A stretch of DNA of 64,000 nucleotides from contig NMRA01000128.1 in the NCBI GenBank assembly GCA_002633005.1, forward strand, positions 793,482 to 857,481. Reading direction: 5' to 3'. The position numbers and the translations under genes are program-made. The notes under the pieces are model-generated. The model saw only the letters and a list, made by a program, of their open reading frames with translations, was not told the origin of the DNA and did not search any database. This DNA comes from Phoronis australis (lineage: Eukaryota > Animalia > Phoronida). Below, in pieces: positions 39,001-60,500 of the stretch; the stretch's first letter is position 1, and the number at the start of each line of letters is the position of its first letter.

Positions 39001-42000
39001 ACCACTGTAGCACAGACTGCGACTCAATCAGCTGAAGAAGACTCCCCCTATCATGTTCCCTCCCCTAAACCCGACTGTCCCGTGTGGTCTTGGAATGAGT
39101 GGGATCCTTTGGAAGAAGTCATTGTTGGTCGTGCTGAAGGTGCTTTGGTGCCCCCATTTTCGGTGGAAGTTAAGGTAATGTGTTGCTTTCAGTATCTACT
39201 GTCAGATTACAGTAATTCTTTTTTGTTTTGCACGTTTGTGTACTATTTTGCACATCCAAAGTTATTTAGCACACTGATGTCACAAAACACGCTTAATTTT
39301 CCCCTATCAATTTATTTTCAAAAGAAAATCACTAAGTGAATGAAACCTACAGTAGCTACTGCGGTAGTTATACCTTAAGAATGCTCTCAGGGATCAAATG
39401 TGAGGGTGTTGATGATCATTTTTTTATCTCAGGCCAACACTTACGAGAAGTACTGGCCGTTTTACCTGAAGCATGGCGGTACCTCATTCCCAGAGGGTCA
39501 CCTGAAGAAGGCTCAACAGGAGATAGAAGAGATGTGCAACATCCTTACCCAAGAAGGTGTGGTTGTCAAACGTCCTGATCCTATCGACTTCTCGTTTAAG
39601 TACTCCACCCCTGACTTTGCTTCTACAGGTAATTGTCTCATAATACTGATGGATATGTGGCCAACAGGTGGCGTGTAGACCAGACTTATAATAAAAGTGT
39701 TTGCAAACTGATGGATGCATTATAATAACAAAGTGTAACCCTGATAATACAAACTACGTAATGTGTTTTTTTCTTGATATTTTTTATTTTGGGGATTAAT
39801 TTCATTGAATGGTATTTAAAAAGGAACCAAACGTGTTGTGCTTTTTACATGATGTTGCCAAGTGCCTTCAGTGAAAAAATTAGGCTCAGGTGAACAAAAT
39901 TTTATGGACTGTGTTTATAATTTTCAGGAATGTATGCAGCTATGCCCCGTGACATTTTGACTGTCATTGGAGATGAGATCATCGAAGCACCGATGGCTTG
40001 GCGTTCGCGGTTCTTTGAGTACCGTGCTTACCGTTCCTTGATGAAGGACTATTTCCGCCGAGGCGCCAAATGGACAACAGCTCCTAAACCTCAGATGTCT
40101 GACGAACTTTATGATCTGGTATGGTCATGAAAGATGAAACTATATGGTAACACAGATGAATAAAATTATAATAGATCATTTTGATACATGTCTGAGAAGT
40201 CTGTAAGCATGAAGTTCACTTTGTCTGGGACCACAAAACTTCACTCAGATTAACTCATACTTAGAAACTTTTATTCTAAACAGTTCTTACTCGAGACATA
40301 ACCACCGCCAAACTTTACTCAAGTCTCTTCAAAATGTACTCAAGACTCTGGAACTATTCTTGCATTTCTATAGAAGTCTTTGGTGCAACAACTAAGACGA
40401 GCAAAACTTGTCTTTAAGCATATTTTGAAGCCATTAGGTCATCTATAGTCCAGTCAACAAATTTGTGAAAAAGATCGTCTTGCTGACTTTCGGCTTAAAA
40501 AATGCAAAGTATTAATATTGATCTCTGCTAAAGAAATTCCAAACTCGACAAATATAGCGTTAACTGCTGAGTTAGCTTCTGAAAGCAAGTCGACTTGGTG
40601 AATCTCGTGCTATGCATTGCAATTTTAGTTATCGCATTACTAATGTGAAAAATCCAATGCTTACCATACTTTGTTGCACGAGTGATGAATGGACTCCAAC
40701 AGGAAATACCTTTAATTCTTATGCACTCTCAATTATTCAGGCTAACCAAACTTGTCCTGGCTAAATTCAAACTTAGCGTGACGAGTCATTAAACAAGCTG
40801 TGGAGACATATGTTGCTTTTAGAATCTTTTTATCTAACTGGTGCTTTGCTTACATTAAGGTTTAGTTTTCATTTCATGAAAGCTTATCCATATAGTGGCA
40901 ACATGGAAACTTTCAGAGCTACTGAGAATTCTATTCAACAGGCTTCCATCACTAATGAAGCTGCAGGTGCACCATAAAATCAACATCTTTTTATCGATGG
41001 AACTTTTATGTAACATCAATGTTTGAATGTGCGATGAAAAGATATCATTACAGGTGATCCATTGCATTTTATTACTTGATAACTACGTTTACAATGGGGA
41101 GAGTCTTAATCAAAAGTTTAAGATATACCTTGATGTCGATCAGTTTTTAACCAGACAGTGTCTGACCTTCAGATCGCTAAACGATAAGCCTGCAATGAGT
41201 TAATCAAGTCAAGGCAGTAAAAATTTGGATGATTTTCACTGCTTTAACTGATTTTGCATAGCCCGCATATAATTATTGCCATTATTACGAATTTGAGAGT
41301 ATGATTAGGGTCTGCCTGTAGGCATTGCTGAGGAATGTAAAGGCAGTATTAATATCATGAGCAGTTGAGTATTACCGGTAAGTGATGCAAGCATCTGAAA
41401 TGTAGAGAACTTAACTTTCAGTAAGTTTCTGCAGTGGTTTGAAAACCAAAATAGTGCTTATGCCCCATATATTCTAGGACCAGGTGGTCCGCAGGGTTGA
41501 CAAAATTTGATAAGAACTGCCAGACGTGACCCAAGTCATGCTGAGGTATTGACCTAGTGATAAGGCCAAGCATTTGCACTCACACCATATAACCAGATAA
41601 AAGACCATCATTCAGGACTCTTTCAAGTTGAATTTTTGATGGTGATAAAATATTACATGTAGATACCTTGAGAACTTGCCACATCACCACAGATAAAATT
41701 TAACAAGCATTTTATCGGATTTTATTTAGTCTGGGTTATACTACGAGCTGTGCTGCAGAGTCAAATCTCATTTATTATGATGTGCGTGTGTACAAAAAGT
41801 AAATAAAAACAAACCCTCTGCAAGATGGGCATGTCAAATAAATGTCACGACAACAGTTTTCAGGTATTGAAGTCCTTCATGATCCAAGAACTTATGGTGT
41901 GTTAAAAATGATGTGTAGCCATTTTTAATTACAAGACTTGTTTTTCTAAAAATTTGTGATTTTTTCTCAGTGTTAGCTCTCATTTCTTCAGACATGACAT

Positions 42001-45000
42001 TATTTGCACAGAGCTCGCCAGTTCTGTTTCTTTGTTCCGTTAACTAGTCTGGTATTCTTTGTTGAGCCACTTTAGGCTGAAAGCTTAGTTGGAAATGTAG
42101 ATAAGCTTTATGTGTTGTGAGTGAACAAATTTCTGCAATCCATGGTGTGTCCCTCTTATCCATAAAAGAAGTCATTCCAGAGAACTTACAATTGGAAAAA
42201 TTGCAATAAATACATCATTTATGCATTTCTGAAGGTGACATTGACACCATACAAACAATAATAATATAAAAGCCAAATGTTTGTAAAATAAAAATCACAT
42301 TGCACAATCACGTTGAAAAAGCTTTTGAATTCACTATTATTTATTCAGGCTTTGCAGTCTTATACCCAGAAACGGGTACTTAAAAATCCTTGGTAGTATA
42401 AGGTTTTTCAGTTGTTCTGTGCCCTCCTGAAGAATTTTAGCTAGGTTGTAATCTAAACTACCTTGAGGCATTTTTAATAAGCAAATTACATCTGCCATTA
42501 AAAATTCTGTTTTTGCTTATAACTTCCTTACCAAGCATTGCGGGTAGATAAGATGTTTTCACCAATGTTTCTATGGTCAGTGAATATAGTGGAGCTACTT
42601 TGGAGGAGAATACATTGATAATTTGCATAAAATATGCAAATTGGCACATCCATTGAAAATTCCACTTGTGCTTATAGCTGTGGTTCCCAGCACTAACAGA
42701 TAAATTATATTGATATTTGAACTGGTGTTTATGTGGAAAGGGAATTTAATGGAGCTACTTTGACAGAAGATACATGAAAATTTGGATAAATCATGCAGAT
42801 TGAGGCAGCCATTATGGAAATTTCTTCTTGTAATGCTTACATCTCAGTATCAGGTACTACAAGTAAGAAATCCCCACCCACGTCTCTGTGATCAGTTGTA
42901 ATTTAAATTTGCACCTGTATGTTTCTATCATAAATTAATAGTTAAATGAAATAAGTTTACAGATTGCTGCTGTGGAAAAACTTAAGAATGAATTATATGA
43001 ATCATGGAAACCTTGTACTTACCGGTAGTTGCAATTATTTGATTGAAACACATGCCATGTATCTACATTAACTGTATCTCTAAGGGTGAGTATTCATAAT
43101 GAATAATGTTAACCCCTATTTGCATAAATTATAAGTCATGCAAATTTATGATGTAATGCCCACCAAAATGGTTTCATTCAGTTCACTGACCACAAAAACA
43201 TGGGTGCAAATATCACGGTGATTTACATCAAGTGCTCCTGTAAGGAAGTCACAAATGTAGACACAATTTTGGATAATATCAGTCATTATTTGTATAAATT
43301 ATGCAAATTTATCATGCAACAGCTTGCACTCTGATTTCACTTACCAGGTAATTGACCATAGAATCACAGAAAATGTCAATATAATTTACCTGTGGTTCTT
43401 TTTATCCCAGCTATAAGCACAAGTACGTTTTTTAATAATGGCGGCCTTAACTTGCATAAACTATGCAAATTCACAATTTATTCTCCATTGAATTCACTGG
43501 CCAAGGACACATCCGTAAAAGCATCAAAATAATAAACCAATGGTAGCTGGTAAGAAGTTATAAGGAAAAACAGAATTTTGCATAATGGCGGCTTTAATTT
43601 GGATATTTAAAAAATTTCAAGGTTATCATGATTACAACCCAGCTAAAGTGCTTCAGGGGGACCACCTCAACATAAAACAATCAAAAACCCTTATACTCCC
43701 ATGAATTTCTAGGTCCTCTATGGATGAATACTAGACTATATTAACAACTGGTTGCAGGACTACCCCATCAAAAGTGTAGAGGAACGCCACCTATTGGCTG
43801 CCGAGGGAAAATTTGTCACCACCGAATTTGAGCCATGCTTTGATGCAGCAGACTTCATCAGGGCCGGACGTGACATATTCGTCCAAAGAAGCCAGGTAGT
43901 CACTGTAGTGTCTGTTAAGACTAATTTTGATAAAACAACCTGATTTATGAGTATCCAAACTGTTTAGCATCCAAAGCCATATCAGTGCATGTACTAAACA
44001 CAGAGTTGTCAGACCTTTAAACAGTACAACATACAATTCAATTTCTAAATTTGGCCTAAGGTGGGCTGACAGACAGCAGGTTTAACCAAGATGCTGCTGG
44101 GCTGAATCAATTTAAAGGTATGACTGTCACTACAGCACTCAACTTAAACTCTGTACGTGTGTTGTAAAGTTTGGCAATAATCAAACATGTTATTTGGAAA
44201 AAAACGCAGCTTTGTTAAGTCAATGTAGTTATACTTTACAATGGGTTTAAAATCCTGATATTTGTTTTAAAAGTCCTTCAGTACTTACAAGCATATGTTT
44301 TGTTCAGGTCACTAACTACATGGGTATTGAGTGGATGAAGCGCCACCTAGAGCCCAAAGGTATCCGTGTACACACCATCAGTTTTAAGGACCCCAACCCC
44401 ATGCACATCGACGCCACCTTTAACATCATTGGGCCAGGCCTGGTACTATCCAACCCAGACCGCCCATGTCACCAGATAGAGATGTTTGAGAAGTCTGGCT
44501 GGGACATTGTAAAACCACCACTGCCTCTGGTGTCTGACAGTAAGTACAGCATGCTCATGAAGTAGGTAGGAGTACTGTGTGTTTGAATGTGTTGTAATTT
44601 GAACACTCTTCTTGGTACAGACAACAAAAAATGACAAAATCAATCCTGAAATGTACAAACGATGATCTTAGATACCAAAGCCGTGATAAATTATCCAGCT
44701 ATCTAAGAAGTCAAAAAAGCAGTGTACGAAAATGTCATACAGCACAGTTTAAAAATGTCCTTGAGACAACTTTGCACAGTAATTTTGAGACTGGGCTTCA
44801 TAAGATTCAATAGGCGAAGTGTACTAGAAATTGTACTGTACTTGGCATGTGCATAGTCTATAATTACAAATTGATATCCAACCAAAAACAATATGTATTA
44901 CACTGGAGATTCATATTTGCGATAAAAATCGGTGAAATCTCCGACTTTAAGTAGTAGGCAATTGCCAGTAACTGTAAGTTGTAAATTCAGTAACGGTTGC

Positions 45001-45731
45001 ACACATTTCTGTTGTAAGTAACTGTGTGTAGCAAGGTAAAACCACACTATGCAGTTTAAGTTTTAAGTGACCAGCTCGTATTACTCATGACGAATTCAAA
45101 TGACCGGTGCAGATCCCCCACTGTAACTTTTACAGCCTTTACATTTAGTGAGCACTGCTCATTATAAGATGGTAGTGCATTACCATTACAGTTCTTAGGA
45201 AGCCAGGGCTTTTAATTTTTCTTCCTCTTCGTAAGCAGAGTGGAGAAGGGGTGTCAGTTCAGTGGTCGAGCACAGTTCAGTTGTTCCTTGGATACAATGT
45301 CAATTTTACCGTGAACATGTGTGTGTGTGGGTTTACTTGTGCGTATACACTAACACATGAATGCAACAAGTGGTTCTTACCTAATTCATGATTCTCTCCA
45401 TTTGAATTTCTCGTCTTGAACTCGTCACAATCTTTGAGGGCCCAATGACCATCCGACCATTCACCATATCTCATTTAGATTTATTACTTCAATAGATCAT
45501 CCGCTCTGGATGTCGTCCAAGTGGCTGTCCATGAATGTTCTCATGTTGGATCCCAAGCGTGTCCTTGTGGAATCTGAAGAAACCTCCATCCACAAGATGT
45601 TTGAAAAGCTCGGCATCGAGTGCATCAAGGTCAACATTCGACATGCAAACTCCTTGGGTGGTGGGTTCCACTGCTGGACTACTGATGTGCGTCGACGTGG
45701 AACACTGGAGAGCTACTTTTACTCCAGCTAA
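33024..45731 (+). CDS. GATM: Glycine amidinotransferase (L-arginine:glycine amidinotransferase), mitochondrial
   Basis: Exons: 33024-33089, 38962-39174, 39433-39628, 39928-40118, 43758-43895, 44308-44539, 45496-45731. Motifs: [31 protein letters not shown] and GGGFHCW, covering the Asp/His/Cys triad. The N-terminus [13 protein letters not shown] is presequence-like. Confidence 0.97.
35187..37140 (+). mobile_element. 5'-truncated, degenerate L2/CR1-group LINE (RT domain plus 3' end)
   Basis: Motifs [58 protein letters not shown] and QFRCSGHSL, broken by stops and frameshifts. (TTA)n tail near 37087-37120. Confidence 0.9.
37222..38276 (+). mobile_element. Truncated Penelope-like element (RT thumb plus GIY-YIG remnant)
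   Basis: [24 protein letters not shown] and [29 protein letters not shown]. Inverted pLTR fragment at 37267-37289 versus 38245-38267. 13-bp duplication TAAAGTAATGAAA at 37209-37221 and 38277-38289. Confidence 0.88.
38208..38252 (+). ncRNA. Minimal type I hammerhead ribozyme in the Penelope pLTR
   Basis: CUU-CUGAUGA-U-GGUGUU(cgaauaaau)GACACC-GAAA-CAUG-UC/AAG: intact core, 6-bp stem II, palindromic CAUG stem III, short stem I. Predicted cut after C38249. Confidence 0.75.
42385..43710. mobile_element. ~1.3-kb foldback element in GATM intron 4
   Basis: Inverted arms of ~330 bp, e.g. aaaattctgtttttgcttataacttc / gaagttataaggaaaaacagaatttt and acttgtgcttatagctg / cagctataagcacaagt. Confidence 0.75.
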
Positions 45732-46050
45732 ACTGTTTGTTATGCCCCATTCAGCCCCCTATACAGTAGTTTACATTTACTGGACAATATTAACCCATGC
45801 CAGGTAATTTGCATCAGTGGCGAAATAAGTCTGGACTATTTATCAGAATATAAACACATCAATAACGTATCTCAAGACATCAAAAACAGGAAAAAAAATT
45901 AAGCACTGTGAGTCCTTACTCAAAACCCATGATTGTAGTAACAGAGACCAGAGGTGTTATGAACCTCATCTTGGGTTTTCTCCAATTTTCATGAACTAAT
46001 TTGGTAAGAATTATTGATGACTTTCTAAAACCGCTCCGAGGTGGTGGCGT

Positions 46051-46251
46051 GTTACAACTATTGTTACAATCTGTTGTCTATTTACATTGTCACGACGGTT
46101 CGGTCGGTCTATTCTCCGGCCATTGTCAGGTGTTCCTGCGTTCTTAGAACAAGCACAGATATGTGGTACACTCATCACCAAAATGTTGTGACAATGTAAA
46201 TAAACAAGAGGTCAGTGTAAATAGACCAAGAGATTTTAACATTAGTTGTAA
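46051..46251. mobile_element. Small MITE-like inverted repeat downstream of the GATM stop
   Basis: ttacaacta...tatttacattgtcac / gtgacaatgtaaata...tagttgtaa. Confidence 0.55.
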
Positions 46252-46707
46252 GAATTATTAGTTAACAAAATCTGTAACTATTTAGTGTTTAGGTCTACGA
46301 TTATGAGTTAAAGAAGTTGTCAAATCATACTCCAGAACAATGTTTTCAGAATATGGCTGGAATGAAAGCTCTGGCTTATTGTGTGAAAGTACAGTTTGCC
46401 AAGTATGGGGACATTTTGTCTAGTTCTGCTTATGGACAGCTCTTGTACCATTTGTGTTGGTCCAACCATTTCCACACAGTTCATTTAGCCTAATAAGAGT
46501 TGTGTTACGCTATTCACTGCATTTATGTTGGTAATTTCAACCCTGTAATATTTCTTATAACTATCCACCCTGGTTCTTATACCAGCAACTATGTACGCTG
46601 TCGGGAAGTCTTTTTCAGCTGTGATTTCAGCGTGTGTTTGAAGTGGGTTTGATGTGCAATTTCATCTAGGTCTGCTTTGTTTTGTATGCTTTAACTTATG
46701 GGGCTGT

Positions 46708-46725
46708 AATAAAGTGTGATTTATT
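46708..46725. terminator. Paired convergent polyadenylation signals (GATM plus, PSMC1 minus)
   Basis: AATAAA on + at 46708-46713 and on - at 46725-46720 (tttatt), lying between the two stop codons. Confidence 0.45.
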
Positions 46726-47104
46726 TTTAAGTAAAACATTCCAAAAGAGTCCAATTTCATTGTTCTTTACTTAAGGCATGTAAACAAAACATGAACTTGT
46801 TTCTGAGTACCAGTGCAACTAAAAATAAGTCCCTTAATATCGAATGACTGCATTTCAAAGTTTTTTCAAAATTTCCAAAAATTCTTGCAGCAGTGGCACA
46901 CACTGAGGGAACCATCGATCTAGCCTAACAATGCCTACAAATTCCACAGGTTTCTGATTTGGAGAGATAGTGTTTTTGTGGGAAAAGATTTTCCAGTTGA
47001 AGACACTTGTTAAAATAAGAAGTTTTGCTTACACAAGTTCTATTAACACAAACTGATACACAAAAGTCCATAATTGATTCTCGGATTCCAACGGACAAAA
47101 TCAG

Positions 47105-47209
47105 CCATGAGCTTAACACTGGTACTAGCACTAGGTCAGCATTAGGCCATGAGTTTAAGACTGGTACTCGTTGCTAGGCCAGCATTACACCAAGAGTTTT
47201 ACACTGTTA

Positions 47210-47212
<3 letters not shown>
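47105..47212. repeat. ~42-bp tandem repeat (2.5 copies) at the PSMC1 stop and 3' UTR
   Basis: Units of ccatgag(c/t)ttaa(c/g)actggtact...ctagg.cagcatta; the partial unit ends on the TAG. Confidence 0.7.
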
Positions 47213-57385
<10,173 letters not shown>

Positions 57386-57599
57386 GGTCGGTGATACGCA
57401 TGCGTTGGATACTCTCGAATCTACTACCGGTGAATTGGTGTTTTTTAAATTTTCTTTTATAATACTCAATTAAACTAAAAAAACTTACTTATTGGAAAAT
57501 TTTCATCATTTTTATATTTACTGTATTGTTTAATGTCTGGAAATACATTTAAAAAGAACTTTCAAGATTATGTGACGGATCCAAAGGTTCTCAGCTACA
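57386..57599. promoter_or_regulatory. Probable bidirectional promoter between PSMC1 and the CATSPERE-like gene
   Basis: Divergent putative start codons at 57385 (-) and 57600 (+) are separated by 214 bp. Confidence 0.5.
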
Positions 57600-60500
57600 A
57601 TGGCGCGAAATAGGAAACTCTGTGTAGTTCATCTTATCTGTGTTTATTCAATCTTTGTAGACACAGAGGTGCTGGAAGTACCGTGGAGGTTAAATTTGGT
57701 GATCTCTAATTCAATTATGACTTTAATGCACTGAGAAGTTTTAAATTCATTTGAAAATTTATCAGATTATCACTTGGTCTTAACTGACACAGTGACTGGC
57801 AATCAACACAGATTGACAGCCAGTGATCACTGTCTCTACTCTAGCTGGCCCAGAACTACAGTAGACGGTCGAGCTCCTATAGGAGCTTCATACGCCAGAA
57901 GCTTTTCGGCAAATTATGTCTCACACTAACTGAAACATCAAATTCACGTTGTTACGAATACCTTTTGCGCATAGGGGGGGCACCTTAGGTTTTAGGAGGA
58001 CGTCGATGTATTTATTCCTTCCAAGAAATACTTGCGTTGTCAAACTTTATCTTCGAACAGTGCCTCGTTCAGTTCCCAAAATTGATGACTCGCCATTTTT
58101 ACACTGCACACGCCAAGGGATATGATGTCATACCACCTGCTGCACGCAGTGTTAAAAATGGCGAGTTCCCGATTTTGGGAACTGAACGAGGGACTGCTCG
58201 AAGAAAAAGTTTGATAACTTGAGTATTTCTTCGAGTTGGAAGAAATTAAATACATCGACAGCCTCTTAGGGTGTCCCTCTATGCGCAAAATTTATTTATA
58301 ACGTGACTTTGATTCGGTCTTTACTGTCCAGCTAGAGATGGTGGTAAGCTAGACAGTGAACACTGTCTCTACTGGCCTTACTAGTGAGACAGGGAAGCTC
58401 TTGTATGTGCTTAATACGCCGGAAAATTTTCAGCAAATTATGCCTCACACTGATTGAATCATCAAAGTCACGTTCTCAGTAACTTTTGCATGGGAGGCCA
58501 TCGATGTCTTCCAACTCGAACAAATACTTCCGTAATCAAACTTTTTTTCGGGCAGTGCTTCGTTCAGTTGCCCAAATCAGCAATTGGCCATTTTAACACT
58601 GCACGCAACAGGAGATTTGACGTCATTTCCCTTGGCACGTGCAGTGTTAAAGATGGCTAGTTACCAATTTGGGCAACTGAACGAAGGACTGCTCGAAAAA
58701 AAGTTTGATTAATCATTATGGGAGTATTTGTTCGAGTTGGACGCAATTAAAGACATCAACGGCCTCCTGAGACATTCGCATTCATAATAGAAGCCCTTGA
58801 AAATGAAAAAATGTGCAATGTTGTTTATGTCCAAAATTGTTGATATTTACCATATGAGGAGAAATGTGTCGTGGCATTCTCTCCCATTGAGTGAAAGAGA
58901 GCTTCGGGCTTATGGTAGTAAACTAATTGAACTCTGTTTTGAATAAAGTTATCTCCCATTTCATTTCAGGTTACAGTTGATAGTCCCAGGTGCTAAAAAG
59001 TTTATCACTGGCTCAGAGGTAGTGTCACTTGTAGCAGTAGGTTTTTCCATCACAAAATTTAGCTGCTGTAAACCCTGCCTTTTGTTGATTTAGACCACTC
59101 GCTGCTATTATAGATCAATTTGATCTGAATGCGCCTTTACTGAAATGGTGATTATGGGCTTGGAAAGAAGTCATACTTCATTATTACTTGAAACCAGGCT
59201 CAAGAAGTTGTCACAATGGGTCATTTTATATGCAAAGCATGGTCTAGAGTCTATACTAAGTACTTGTCCTGGTTTTAATCACCCTTGTTCGGTGTAACAC
59301 ACCCCTGAAACATCCCAACTTTCACGTTTAAATGCATATGTGACCTAGTGCTTAGTAATTACCCCTAATTTATACAATCGAGTCTTCTTTAAGTGCCAGT
59401 GTCTACTCCTTGAGAACGCCGTCACACAAGAATTGTAGCTCCAAAATTGTATGCAACTTATTTAATAATGAACAGTCAATTTTAGTGGTATCTTGGGAGT
59501 AGTCTTGGGACAGGAAAATATCCACTTTTTACTTATAAGAAGATGTGAGATGGTTCTTTTAGCTCATGCGCATTCTAATATCATGCTTGTGTGCAAAAAG
59601 TGATGACAAGGAAGAAATCTACAATTCGACATTTTAAATTTCCCAATTAAAGTAAGGGCCCTGAGTGTTAGCTCTACAAGTTGGATACTAGTGAACTGGC
59701 AGTTCTTTTTGAGAGCAGCAACTGCTTCTCATCTGTTTAAGGAACAAGTTGGACCGGTATTAAATCAGTGAGTGGTCAAACTCAAATTTTTGTTTTCTTT
59801 GATGAGTTCATTGCTGCTTTAATTAAATGAATCAATTTTCTGTGTAAAAGTAGGCACTCACTTATAAATGGTTTGTGTGTAAATATTTTACATTAATAGT
59901 TACTTACAGGGTTCTCTGCATTTTGTGAACCAGTTCTGTCACACTGGGACATTTCATTGAGTAATTCAGAAGGGCTCATCAAACTTTGCATCTCCTAGTT
60001 TTGAAGACCTGCGAATTGAGTTAACACTGGTCAACCTTGTTTCATGTTTAATATGGATTGCTAACTCACCTTCTGAACGAATAAAAGGTCTCACCCCAAA
60101 ACATGAAGTGAAACGATTGGTTTCAGAGATGATTTGCTGCCTTTAATGTCTGCATTAGTCTGAAAAGATGTCTTGCTATTTTTATGCGCCCACATATTTA
60201 TATGTGGACGCATTATGCTGTCATCTCTGTCCGTCCGTCCGTCCGGGCGGCGTCCGGCGTCTGCTGTTCTATCTCCAAAACCCTTTGACATACGTTCATG
60301 AAATTTGGCACATATGTTCCATTCATGAATGGGACGGCATGTGCGAACTTTCGGACGGATCCGACTACCGGTGTGCCCCCTAGTGGCAATTTTAATTTTT
60401 TTACGCTTACCTTTGTATCTTCACAAGTCCTTAACGGATTTTCATGAAATTTGGTATGTAGGCACCTTTTAGTGAGATGACGCTATCCTCCCGTTTTCAG

